Assembly: GCA_048937405.1 (NCBI GenBank)
Contig: JBHLNF010000003.1
Coordinates: 128,001-192,000 of the forward strand
Direction: 5' to 3'
From: Promethearchaeota archaeon
GTDB lineage: Archaea > Asgardarchaeota > Lokiarchaeia > Sigyniarchaeales > SOKP01
Length of the DNA stretch: 64,000 nt
The stretch's first letter is position 1. Every line of letters starts with the position of its first letter. Under the pieces are notes generated by a model. It saw only the letters and a list, made by a program, of their open reading frames with translations. It searched no databases and had not been told where the DNA came from. Made by a program: the position numbers and the translations under genes. Shown piece by piece: positions 15,001 to 21,413 of this stretch.

Positions 15001-18000
15001 TATAATACACTACAACTGGAATATAAACCAACTGCACAAACAGTCACTAGTAATACATACCAATTAGAAAAAGCAAGACAAGGATTACTAATTCAAAAGA
15101 AATTATATGATACAGGTAAAACTGGAAGAATCGAAGAAACGACTCTAGATGTTGAAGAGGCTTATCGTGTATCACAACAAGTTGTTGATGTAGAAGTTAT
15201 AATTGATGATGTTCAAATGAATGTATTTACGCCACAATTATACTCAAGAGAAGCAATATATTTATATTTATGGAGTCAAACAAGAGATCCTACTATAGTC
15301 TCTCTTCCTAGAAGGGCCAGTATTGAAGCCTTAAAACAAAATATTATCCGTAAGTTTAATCTTAATTTAGCTACCAGGACAGATTCACTCGATTCAATAA
15401 CCGTCTCCAATGATTTTGTAGTAGTTGATTTTGACATTAATCGAGTATATGATATAGATAATTTTGCGACTGTGGGGGAAATAATTGATGCCCATCCAAA
15501 TTTCAGAATTATGAGGACTATAAATCTTGAACCAAATACCCCTATTACAACTGTACGCGATTTTAGAGAAATTGAATATTATTCTTCAACACAAAGAAGT
15601 GGTACATATTTAAGATTTGGAGAAATTAATCCAGATGATAACACACTTTCCCCTATAGAATCATTACCAGAAACCCAAGCGGGAAGAAGAACTGCAGACG
15701 TACTTGAACATAGAGGTGGAGGAAATGAATTTATAAGACGCTTAATTAGAAAGATCACTGGCGGTATAAGAGGAATTTTTAAAGGTACTGAAACAACCCA
15801 GAGAGTTCTTAATCAACCCGAACTACCTCTATTCGTAACTGAATTACAACGGGCGTCTGATGATATCCTGTATTTTAACCCTAATACCCCAAATACTGAT
15901 CGTCAAGTTACTATTCGACAACAACTCGATTTTGTAAGAGATTTCATTAGAGATGAACTTGTTATAGTATTACGAGAAAGATTAGAGCTACTTGGAGTTG
16001 CATCTGAGGTACACTCGAATGATATGATTGAAAAAGTCACAGAAATTATACTTCAGATATATGATGAATTTTACATACATCAATACGAAGCACATCAACA
16101 ACTTCTTGGAAGTGATCAGAGAAATCTTAACCTACTTGATAAAGAAGTACGGTTAAATTGGGAACGTGTAATACAGAATAACTTACTAGCTTATATAATT
16201 GACTACTTCCCAGCAGAAAATGGTGTTTTAATCAGGAATTTTAATTCAAGAGATCAAAATTTGCACAGGAATATTTTTGTATCGGTTTTGGATAAATTAG
16301 AAGATATTAATGATAGGAAGGAAATCATTGATCGACGACGTTTATTTTGTATGTCAGTTATAGAGAGTATGCTGATTTCAAACGATATTGAAAGAATAAA
16401 TAACGATCCAGCTGGAGCAGAAATAACTCGGTTCCTTGGACCTACGGCTAGAGGGAGGAATAGAGCGTTTTCTGAGCTTTTTTTCGCTTTATTTGGAAAA
16501 TTCAGTTCAGATACCGAGATCAACACAGGTGCTTTACAGGAAACTCATGATTTCATGTATTTGTTACCAAAAATTATTCTAGGGTTGTTTTTCGAACATG
16601 TGGGAGGAAATATACAAGATATTAACTATGAATATTCCTATAACAAATTTAGTTATGCTGATGCAACCTCTATTTTCAACTTAGTTAGGGAATTATTTAA
16701 CGGAGGTAGTCTTCTTCATGCTGAAGGAGATATACGAGCGGAAGATGTGTTTTCAGATCATATGTTTACATTGATTAATTCACACTTTAAACATCAGATT
16801 ATTAATATAATCTCTAAGAATCTTCAAGATGGAGGTCATGCTAGAACTCGAATGGATCTCATTGAAAGTGACTTATGGAAGGCTCTTAATTCAATTAAAA
16901 ATCTCGCTGGGACAGATAAATTAGAAATGGATAAAATATTAGCAAAAATAGTAATTGATATGCAGGCACTTAGAGGAATGGACAGTACAGGGAGAGAGAA
17001 TACTGAATTCAGTACAGTAGAATCCCTTTTAAGACACAGATTTAATGATGTTTCTGCTAAATCTATAATCAGATCAACAGAGTGGAGAAATCAAATTAAT
17101 ACTAATAGTAAGTCAGATATTTCTGAGATATATTCACAAAGATGGATACATTCACGAATATTAGGAATCGCTAGTAATATTATATATGAGGGTGGGATAT
17201 TTCATGCCGACCGTTATGCTGCTATATATGATCTGCTAACCAGCACTCGAGAAATTATAAGTCAAACTGGCACTCTTAATACTAATCCATGGCGAGAAAG
17301 ACGTGGAGGTACCTTGTATAGAGTTAGACCATTGGGAACCTGGACACCAGGCACAATTTATCAAAATAATCAAATTGAAGTACTTATTGAAATATCACCA
17401 ACCAACAAATTCGAAATAACTATCAACTTCCTTGAAGATGGTGGGAATGTTGGGAAAAATCTTGAACGTGGGGATACTTTCCTACAACAATCTGGGTATT
17501 GGATTTCATCTTGTCTTAATTTCGTTGAAAATATATTGGTTACTCCAACTAGTATTGCTAATTATCTTAGATTATTAAGAAATGATTTTGAAGATCGTTT
17601 AGGGACATCATATCTTCATTGGGATGAAACTGGGGAATATACAACAGGATTAAATCTGGTTGCTGGGTGGAATAGTGGAGTGTTAATTGAGGGTAATTTG
17701 AATATAAACAATATACCTAATAGTATAGATACAAGTAATGCTGAATTTGATCCCATTAGTGGTAATCTTATTGGATCTTACATTCCAATGTCCCGAGAAT
17801 TAGATGACAATACTATCCAATATGGCTTATTGCGTGTAGAACAGGATAGTGATGGAGTCTACTGGCATATTCATCCCTCAAATACTCTTGTGGGTACAGA
17901 TTGGGCTCCAATTTTGATAGAGAGAGAAGATGGATATATTCCGTTTTTTGTTCAGGTTGAATTAAATGTAAGAGAAAGAAAAGTCACTTATTTAGGATTT

Positions 18001-20304
18001 AGTAACAATCGATTAGATAGTTCTGGTTTCTCTTTTGATAGCGATTGGTTCATGTCAACAGATCCAGAAATACAAGCGGCATTAGAAGAAGCTATGTCAA
18101 GTGGAGGGTTTACAGAATATACATTATATTTTTCATGGCATGGAAATGAAATAACTGGATGGTCGATACATACGAATATAGAGAATATGTATTTAGCTTA
18201 TGGTCATTATAGAGACTCTTATAATAGATTTAAAAATGTAAGAAGAAGTAGGCAAGATCCCTATCAGGATCCCGGATTATTTGAGCTTAAAAGATTAATT
18301 GAGTATGAAAGATATCTACGATATGGCGAAATAGCTCGAGTAGGTGTACAAGCGGAAATAAATAAGGATGGAACTATATATTTTACTGATTCAACACTCC
18401 AAAAGGAAAACACGAAGTTGATATTTAAAATGGCAGAAGATCAGTTAATCACAGCCACAACAACAGAGATTTCCGAAATAAGGAACTATTTCTCATTGAT
18501 AAATGCTTATTATTTTGGAGCTTCTGATCCACCAATAAATATTATACATGCAGATGACGTTGACATTTATTTAAGCGCACTTGAACAATCAGCAAAAAAG
18601 ATCCTTGGTGATACAAAAACAGCGGAATTGATGAATTCCATATTTTTCAATGAAATGAGGGACGGTCAATTACGATTTAACAACAAACAGATGCTGAAGA
18701 ATTGGGCAAAGGGTATGTTGCTGTTATTACAAAACTATTATAATGATCCAAATAGAGAAGTAATTCTACGTCTTGAAGGATTACTTAACCACTTTGAATT
18801 GAATAGTTTAACATTCACGGATAGTAATGAACTCTTTCAAGAGTCAGATAAAAACACTTTTCAAAAATTACAAACATTGCTTTGGACAATATTTGGACCA
18901 TATACTTACTTAAAGATGCTAACAGGTGGAATAACATTTAAAGATGGCAAAACACGATATTGGAATTTACCATTTTATGATTTTCTGCTTGCGATTAATC
19001 ATAACCGTTTAGGATTTATTCATCGTGGAACTTCGAGGTTGGAGAATCAACTAGTATTAAAACGTGGAAATCCAGGAATGGATTCAACTACTTTTACATA
19101 TCAAGATTATTTGACCTGGATTTTCGAATTTTATACGATACATCCATCCATTTGTATTAAAATTGCAGATAATACTGGTAAAATTATCGAGAATGAACAT
19201 TGGATAACTCCAATCCCTACTTTACCAATGGTAATGATATCTGAAGAACTTTCAAGGATCCAACATGATGTTAGCATATTTCAAGAAAGTGCTGATCCCA
19301 CAATAAGAATACAGAGTATTACGACACTATCGCAGAATTTTATACTTTTGGATTCTGTTATATACAGAATAATTACTGATCTCACTTATGATACTGATCA
19401 AAATAATCGTATTTCTACTCTTAAAAGTGGTATTTTTAATCCATCGCTTTATGTTGATAGATATAAAAGTGGTGATTATTGGGAAATAGATAAAGATATT
19501 ATATTTAAAGGACCAAAAATATATCATAATGGATTTAATTATTTTGTCCTTGGACAACAAGATAAAACGGGGATGTCATATTGCCACTATACAGCTATTA
19601 TGAATGGGTTAGTAACCTCATTAGTACGAAATGGAGGGGCTATTCGTTGGCTAGAAAAACTATACATTGATAATGCTTTTATCGATGGTATTCCTATCTT
19701 AGCAGAGCATTTTCCAACAAAAACTGAATTTATTAATGCATTACACAATGAGAAAACCAGACAAGAAGTTTGGGATTTAATAATTGAATATATAACTCTT
19801 TATAACAAGCCACCTATAGAAAAATTTAATTTAGATGCTTTTGGTATGTCTCTTAACTTCTTATTTCAAATAAATGAACGATGGGATGATTATAATCTAC
19901 AAGACTTTCCAGATTATGCTCAATATATTCAACTTGGAAAAGGATGGGTAATAAGACCTACAAATGAATTATCACCGATAATAGAAAAAAAATTAATGGA
20001 ACAAGGTATAAAAATAATTAAAAATGAAAAAGATTTAATCTCTGAGATAAAAGAGAGGATAGATAACCAAGAGATTTGGTATATTGATACTTTAGGATTT
20101 AGAATTGGAAAACCAAATGATGGAACTCCAAATGATCAACATGCATTAACTATATTTCATTATCGTGAAGAAGAAGACGGAGTTTGGTTTTTAATTGGAG
20201 ATTCAGATGCACCTTTTCTTCATAATCAAATTCAAGGTCAAGGTGTTTGGGTGAAATCTCATGTAATTTGGAAAACTTTTAATAAAGGTAATACTATAAA
20301 TTAG
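1..20304 (+). CDS. Giant (>6,700 aa) surface/secreted multidomain protein, 5'-truncated by the window; adhesin-like stalk, LamG, Ca-binding loops, hydrophobic hairpins, C-terminal papain-like peptidase
   Basis: Frame 1 is open from base 1 (IFKDVGQFNGAPVE) into the 43..20304 ORF, so GTG43 is probably not the true start. The N-terminal ~3,700 aa are acidic, Tyr/Asn-rich and dense in N-x-S/T sequons; hydrophobic segments at ~11350, ~12790-12945, ~14100 and ~14660-14770. Confidence 0.9.
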   Translation: MFKDVGQFNGAPVEVFINGFEYGTAVSNGTHYVVLFGQENNEDTLLAYSKSLISDYIHSTINPLSHVSWEFSNDDLFGVIQHVLVDQPITIVNPLTYNATAIMQLDTIYDQTFRMAKYVRPGKEAYYCNATTGELLYLDLGYDYMILQDGTVKFPDGSFIFDLYENHSSEVQDGFIYFEYSASDVYDQLTLSNAEGLFINFTMPDLYYNHTTIDTLTVRLNDFSGKSFAKIFYDIDLREFFQEDVKSKYEQTIFGLSKMMTIPLYIDFREFILSNTDAMFDMSLIESISFEIVDSARWPGSFMKTYEEEGYTVLNLPYQRVGIQDIKLYNLISDNVDDQDGFVTSEIEVRCPEYHDIFATDTFNIAKMNVEFTDVSVICDGVNINYYNRSIDVEFSDRIELYMHYDSTSGVIPLYDLVNLPIYLVNASNVDQAFSFDSLHHITKEDVNAPDGFYSDYYYAKFAVPKELGEYNLTFNSLGTPMHNLIIGGISEVAMWSFGENDTAFDLIGDKDGMIVGATQVDGKVGRALYFENSNDDHVEIQPVFDDYQDYFTFAAWVNAESLSTYHSLFGEYTGQYARNHIYIGTNGEVVFDHNLPAGGEATSINNLITIGSWIHVAVVKDNDTVYFYKNGEQFGSGVSHAEKYTSGNPTISGLGGRYDGGWDYGFDGTLDDIRLYSRSLSEDHIKFLYHNGYGRSQRLNTLVQFSVNVTQESLNEEPIYLENDRYELEYGESLILSGAVLDNDIYIIEDEVHEYNYQEALGDGTTTSTTTHTLDIIAPFGDDSFIDKNEFAIYYISDTLEKLPLYVKMDGKLFIDTEIISIEKLPEIVYVNDKYVLNIHWETNPITGCHINYNTMLLISYKMIRGHPITPMSYSSEDAYGHDKKENLHEIPFARYDIITDSWITKDDYTESFFIDKQFIVEGNVTVNSVLIEGPTYFDGQEIKLGIIGIDNVYVNKSNADVYVQLDPQNYTWFIDASGRLNVTYLNFETGDVWFVEYCSYYPLELSHSLKKSSSYLTSIMIHSSNDTSQYHTFTTSEYINATDGYAIYLLDLYNTAFSLGFDIGDEIVVKYHAPLTRKVDLSCQVLLLLQDNNSNYRPIDMIQIDSYGMFKYDQQFTNDGPLSLPLNSKTLVNLKLAYLPLQVYNTSAGELVNISYSDPTVGSIYPYKSSSKWVKSFKIMTIQDQVKLEFVDFELQPIVVNQKFIEERDYKFTYNPLYALEEGEEYTALNLDVMTREDYTFTFKLTNSEDKPINNSIVWLHIGFMPKSVSGFIDDGLEIEELGGISPYYEILGTEIGTTKGPGMGPNNMFGRPLTYEVEYKSLNRSAYGPYIWTFGTTDVFGKVSFDLSFDNEYLSDFSTIFGTVSGIKSLDDISLYIRAFTTEFRWQDFIIHSPEQYICSQNGIIFNSSSNILREYDLMQLKFQDSTYAEGVIELHKKDIALGCSDRISYDLPYTDEFQSAQLENLRLFVYVTEANVIGGNIGTTVESLDGLHEVLELEPTPVNVLAQNYSYYALLQILDPAGNNVKQAYLPIQPSGDGGYIEIANWTMEEILNTAGPGVSTIQIQVQETEYYKASPVVRVPLEIRPPNWLRFGEKNMQIDLIDPFIASWGSAFDGSGLMPFESNYPHLIGTLWIDPHFENGEELSIEDYIEIGLTCTSFNESGGISGVTDLREPIMFRPGNYEGFLTFDVGLGPEDAFLMGTECMLNLTFDIDYIEQEVYNESRDINIYLLDLRMVNNPSANNPNIIWSLYEDKFKDIAFPVKNELLSISTETGILLLGGISGTEAYGVEEYFLYDPDQVTYATDPENPQLSLLGLDNVEPLAVIGTNGTETNYIFVKNVDWQEGTTMTEIEFLGNDVPNNDSEFKVIYQYNFDFGSNYFGNVTLGASNNVSKSYIEFDLTGGFLPSSEDSRSSMFVRYFDNFVGNNIDKNFNLTYTIENADLSDFVIYNEEELNASFTGVIKKIDNGALQIELTDIPANGQKFNVSYGIRSQYELSYGFQKFNKSYSDSVRLIHNDEEHQDSILDTQEIPLITTKLNEPSLYVSMDPSDEETILELYNLLIAYNPELNFTIVLDPIVVNQIEAFNNDFNTLSVEFYYVKHDMGVYYSDYIEIPLNYSEFVLDLEEDGSYRINYNKDLFGLYSDFGVSSMDIYISISQVSEGCNFIPYVIIEDFDYLSDDHFIEMYDRIPRDSNNNIDVKAVIGTPHYFQIFTEPLRTSTLYNVSSPFDLLENSIVTVGLTDLPHSSLVSLNNYEFSYLGSSTPIVVNDDDFNMITNLGLFTNTYNIEDSIVQDGFVDLYYGSGTEVDGSKEYDIKMNMWPLNDVIDYTSNVSNQIIESWENSLNFTSQFLTTDEITVSGTVLYHQIFNLVSDDTVIGENEINALFDGYDVPHAMLGLRLPDDIQIAYVGTVGKPYDYYLSVQGFPIGNHKTSHCINLTTGVIDSFAYSESVMIEDDHYSIEYLDNGSKYILIYVSNSSLYAENDEIIVDYWAYHTFTEGIDYEIHEDPDDPYMSAITWNLEYNNVNDFKMHPDLSTQTSYTIEFSALEWKDAGDNYVLQHSDEFIFQPLTKTNISLLYEKGDTEKMFNILYYVPLERFPAPDLFTSVAVKIWDGNDINSLQLYSNFRAEYILSDTDCNWMYYLNFTEVQKDISIEHQGFEIYPDTSVLIEVQFNSTVIKYPLTYTPFNYDYIESTHEVYNINITVGELGTYTSNVDSFFDKYVIQIKDNYIYLNDTEIDPHTKITVKYRHKLQPGLLDRKHLVTVTYPWTNTFTTIASDITSVEDLDTATSYREKYRKLSGSSIIAPFDYSLSLDDIYTLYLSYRLNQRDIIEETFTFEPAKVCKDGTYNYTYMDHGIDKYMDDVVIDGQHSITIYYYDEWGRIQTVEEECYTVDSVNNIITMLPSGSKNPILQNAVPEFYVSYLPEGNDKKFENYEFTYDPNRELKDTIEVSNWEVINGKRLDTIPIFEAPYFMDESVSTHENIVCYATQLMSYINTTTKLRFNLNDELFGYDTDLLADIQSGQITNLHIRTGISNYESIESLTVRLFNTTQQIESDQVFTIEELLKSNFVINIVLPSYHHNLQYIEFDATFTERGEYSSDNDKGITRVEYIEWDEQLTTVGSNGYKVMEYVLGYDLIENTNIYLYNDVLQYLKLPDGISFEYTLKVDAFENIMYVLEIPDVYVNPDDSSENRTFADGDMLILRYSSPPKKEIGIAVGTMYFEKEQYEMSIPIAEVMLINASNTFSYDEFISPYYYNIPLEVTPFDTEFSNSFKAVAIELDISTLAAYNVSNAIEFSNIIFSVPDPSYELTIDQVVITRKDHGRSDHEYVEQNIWRYTELEMFESDVDPSDDVYNPTFTETPIFYNDGGDKWLKYLALYDGAATYYAGLPEGQDQDQYQLHWSQQYSNFTWNPSFDKFKEIFGMQYELPMSIEPNSSLYLAYCTNTSWMEPIYLDYSNIDLNSIAVVYEGDTFSLENRYYYSELDRNLTERLYYDYEVDQFYSDSFTVYNTVSTYTHEFDLGNFTLENDFINVSVYSIKGIYANFTDVTIENDTINYEVYFDKAANNITIIDKISGDGVLNQFDLITVILNFSYGPISTSSSIELSHMFNNSYLSDPTASFYDLLSISFEYVDDLEFVLFNEDYRTITTSNTLFTSIDFTRSSELGIDKKLNGYDTSVFLNFKIFYDPYNVIYEADLDADGNIDYLQEIDINKDGITDIRKFGIQDGEYPEDIIWHTIIQNYKTHESYVDKQKQSKATKWFDLNDDSYSEIDWGDPGIWAMISLAIAGIALSGGATAALVIPPIAGEIMVSRVDYWAKKSITHEMTQHYDVNTVYQSVIVDENKDGYADTEVTYEHIDTVVNYESIDIETTIIAAKPYGWTTYLLDYVERSFKEFFVGEIEDNVFNEELTEEILSDKSLAVQKYGSTGETLFNTFGKVSKNTTVLYREERIRETITITDWEQGKIKETRIYTNDFDDHITNYETFTIKDLYSGNTQVVELETHRIPDEVSIEKKHIDDITWENDKIPEQFDTKITILEDGTTERKNINEKQLTIIIPNRFSLYNDIYKGKYNKDLVKNDTFTITGVVIKPIDGQVYYTSDIDLYKAGMAQTQGFYLYYDSDENGFYETVYVLDEDPTNDGSYIVIAIGYNYDGSHEFSPYNQKTVRTYVEKDDELARKPSFKIGFRRYSFSRIMRDDNLFLSDNDGLEAKDMIFEIYRLTSYKGSNPEFFYEVKQREYSRTTNIFDKSYWSDVAEQVFMSTAAGTISVVVGAAVFGWITGATLGFGVAAGKVAQELASMLTYFAVYSIMSKYFMDVKEWKSRHQERAVTFYLEGSEINKPKYLNDRTKYDDIDEDSQAAAVKGHPGGYYTLVRGGQLGSEYLAEAVVSPKNSRRTNEGLINYYTYGAWTNDPFVYVGLNYDEQNLDYLLLTSELYSYNDEEYYSYRVGPGFVSIQDGKEYNEYKYNTLGYLEKAIAEETNGALNAILPTCVGGRPEYLFIDKNSDLYQLVLPQSHLYQSLVVNPNVYDNNNFANGILDVDIDPSGIKGINPYEMTVIEQLLYSAKIPLHNFNYEIVSTVLYIRDKNGNPKADVELTQEVDYLIDEGSLYLLAPIYELLARDSKFEEYMNARASGYYFSISIEFKRIIPDDSDEDHKIALQQATSYIIMEYFNQYEFATTTARMTAELGYTVRLTEVSTALSVVAMYLSKGLTKGLEEKFLAKSTLTASQTVSKALTVKNLLLTMLKESLSEVIEETIWDAYIEQWVKNYIEETGGTAQMEFWLSSILTSLRETAFGAGDIYRGIRQEVQLQTQIKAFSQLDPTLQNFMSELRLQNPGISDKQLRIQYRADFAQLLAEEQQKQTQNNNQKAQNKRSYKEVLRKIPTALLKGIMGAMFIFNLDAYVKTFIGVLGTSVTLTPIKNYMTKQHQKRINPGLSLDEKHPVNDIDLNKPASLIFDLEGRQKLMTDRDLVLLSYSAKLLDPKAMVDRQFDKSYNTLQLEYKPTAQTVTSNTYQLEKARQGLLIQKKLYDTGKTGRIEETTLDVEEAYRVSQQVVDVEVIIDDVQMNVFTPQLYSREAIYLYLWSQTRDPTIVSLPRRASIEALKQNIIRKFNLNLATRTDSLDSITVSNDFVVVDFDINRVYDIDNFATVGEIIDAHPNFRIMRTINLEPNTPITTVRDFREIEYYSSTQRSGTYLRFGEINPDDNTLSPIESLPETQAGRRTADVLEHRGGGNEFIRRLIRKITGGIRGIFKGTETTQRVLNQPELPLFVTELQRASDDILYFNPNTPNTDRQVTIRQQLDFVRDFIRDELVIVLRERLELLGVASEVHSNDMIEKVTEIILQIYDEFYIHQYEAHQQLLGSDQRNLNLLDKEVRLNWERVIQNNLLAYIIDYFPAENGVLIRNFNSRDQNLHRNIFVSVLDKLEDINDRKEIIDRRRLFCMSVIESMLISNDIERINNDPAGAEITRFLGPTARGRNRAFSELFFALFGKFSSDTEINTGALQETHDFMYLLPKIILGLFFEHVGGNIQDINYEYSYNKFSYADATSIFNLVRELFNGGSLLHAEGDIRAEDVFSDHMFTLINSHFKHQIINIISKNLQDGGHARTRMDLIESDLWKALNSIKNLAGTDKLEMDKILAKIVIDMQALRGMDSTGRENTEFSTVESLLRHRFNDVSAKSIIRSTEWRNQINTNSKSDISEIYSQRWIHSRILGIASNIIYEGGIFHADRYAAIYDLLTSTREIISQTGTLNTNPWRERRGGTLYRVRPLGTWTPGTIYQNNQIEVLIEISPTNKFEITINFLEDGGNVGKNLERGDTFLQQSGYWISSCLNFVENILVTPTSIANYLRLLRNDFEDRLGTSYLHWDETGEYTTGLNLVAGWNSGVLIEGNLNINNIPNSIDTSNAEFDPISGNLIGSYIPMSRELDDNTIQYGLLRVEQDSDGVYWHIHPSNTLVGTDWAPILIEREDGYIPFFVQVELNVRERKVTYLGFSNNRLDSSGFSFDSDWFMSTDPEIQAALEEAMSSGGFTEYTLYFSWHGNEITGWSIHTNIENMYLAYGHYRDSYNRFKNVRRSRQDPYQDPGLFELKRLIEYERYLRYGEIARVGVQAEINKDGTIYFTDSTLQKENTKLIFKMAEDQLITATTTEISEIRNYFSLINAYYFGASDPPINIIHADDVDIYLSALEQSAKKILGDTKTAELMNSIFFNEMRDGQLRFNNKQMLKNWAKGMLLLLQNYYNDPNREVILRLEGLLNHFELNSLTFTDSNELFQESDKNTFQKLQTLLWTIFGPYTYLKMLTGGITFKDGKTRYWNLPFYDFLLAINHNRLGFIHRGTSRLENQLVLKRGNPGMDSTTFTYQDYLTWIFEFYTIHPSICIKIADNTGKIIENEHWITPIPTLPMVMISEELSRIQHDVSIFQESADPTIRIQSITTLSQNFILLDSVIYRIITDLTYDTDQNNRISTLKSGIFNPSLYVDRYKSGDYWEIDKDIIFKGPKIYHNGFNYFVLGQQDKTGMSYCHYTAIMNGLVTSLVRNGGAIRWLEKLYIDNAFIDGIPILAEHFPTKTEFINALHNEKTRQEVWDLIIEYITLYNKPPIEKFNLDAFGMSLNFLFQINERWDDYNLQDFPDYAQYIQLGKGWVIRPTNELSPIIEKKLMEQGIKIIKNEKDLISEIKERIDNQEIWYIDTLGFRIGKPNDGTPNDQHALTIFHYREEEDGVWFLIGDSDAPFLHNQIQGQGVWVKSHVIWKTFNKGNTIN
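1474..2080 (+). other. LamG / concanavalin-A-like lectin domain within the giant protein
   Basis: Typical motifs: 'VAMWSF', 'GKVGRALYF', 'FTFAAWVN', 'WIHVAVV...FYKNG', 'FDGTLDDIRLYSRSLSEDHIKFLY'. Confidence 0.9.
19531..20304 (+). other. C-terminal papain-fold (peptidase C39-like) cysteine protease domain of the giant protein
   Basis: Q-Q-x7-C at a helix start ('GQQDKTGMSYCHYTAIMNGL'), then 'HALTIFHY' and 'FLIGDSD', matching the Q/C/H/D order of papain-like peptidases. Confidence 0.6.
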
Positions 20305-20364
20305 ATTTTGTAATATTTTTAAATTAATAAATTATTAAATAGAGATTGATATAGTAAAAAAGAA

Positions 20365-21222
20365 ATGCTATTTGTAATTTTCAACATATTATCAAGAGAA
20401 ATTTACTTCAAATCATATTTTGAAAGTCATTACATAGAAGATAATATATCAAAAATTATTAAGATGTTTAACAATCGAGTATATTTAAAAAATGAGGAAA
20501 AATACCAATTAGCTTTTAAAATTAGGGAAAGTGTTGCTTTTGGAGGAATAAGAGCCTATAATGGTGGTAGCTACAACGGTCGTGATATTATTCCATGCAA
20601 ACAAATAAATCTACAGGAAATATTAAATTTTATACATGAGTTATCAGAAATTATTACTGAAGAAGAAATTAATCTCTTAACTACAAATCAATTTAAATTG
20701 ACAAAAGAAATAATTTTACAAAGATTAAATATTAAAAATATTCATAATAAATCTAAAATATTAATTGTTGGAGGGGGAGGTGCAGGGGTAAGTTCCATAA
20801 TGTTTATGAATTACGGTCTTACATTAACAAATAATCTTGGAACAATAATTTATCATGTAACAACAAATATAAATGTGAAGAATGAAAAACTCATGTTTTT
20901 TTTTACTCCATATAGATCTGATTTATATCATCATCAAATTAGTCTTTTTCCTGCATTTTCAAGTATTATTTATGTTGAAGATAGTACAAGAAAAGAAGTT
21001 TTTAATGAATATAATTACATTTTAAAAAAAATAAAAGAAGAAAAGAAAAGGAAAAAAGAAAAACGATTTTTAATTATTGCAAATAAACAAGATTTACCAG
21101 GAGCAATGGAGCCAGAGAAAATCGAAGAAATTACAGGGATAACAACAGTCGGCTTTTCTGCCATTGATCCTGATGCTCCTAAACATTTAGAAAAAATAAT
21201 TTCAGATTTTTTGAAAAAATAG
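20365..21222 (+). CDS. Arf-like small-GTPase-fold protein with N-terminal extension (possibly longin-like); degenerate P-loop
   Basis: 'KILIVGGGGAGVSS' (G1, Lys->Val), 'IIYVEDST', G4 'IIANKQDLPGAM', G5 'FSAI'; no DxxG G3 motif. Confidence 0.75.
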   Translation: MLFVIFNILSREIYFKSYFESHYIEDNISKIIKMFNNRVYLKNEEKYQLAFKIRESVAFGGIRAYNGGSYNGRDIIPCKQINLQEILNFIHELSEIITEEEINLLTTNQFKLTKEIILQRLNIKNIHNKSKILIVGGGGAGVSSIMFMNYGLTLTNNLGTIIYHVTTNINVKNEKLMFFFTPYRSDLYHHQISLFPAFSSIIYVEDSTRKEVFNEYNYILKKIKEEKKRKKEKRFLIIANKQDLPGAMEPEKIEEITGITTVGFSAIDPDAPKHLEKIISDFLKK

Positions 21223-21413
21223 ACACTTTTTATAAATTTTTATTTTATGTATTTTTATGTATTTTTAAATATTCTTGATTACTATTCAAACAAAAATTGC
21301 AATAATTAAAATTCTTTATAATCAGTCTAATGAGTGATTAAATCATAACGACAATAAACTATCCTCCCAAGAAAATATTAGAAAAGAAGGATTATGTATA
21401 CATTATACTATGG

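Noticed and set aside
696-19560. Short ORFs (60-93 aa) overlapping the giant gene on either strand
   Set aside because: Shadow ORFs of a long coding frame; no recognisable motifs.
1-20304. RHS/YD repeats, RTX nonapeptides or an intein/Hint domain in the giant protein
   Set aside because: No YD-repeat core, DPxG junction, GGxGxD repeats or Hint motifs were seen.
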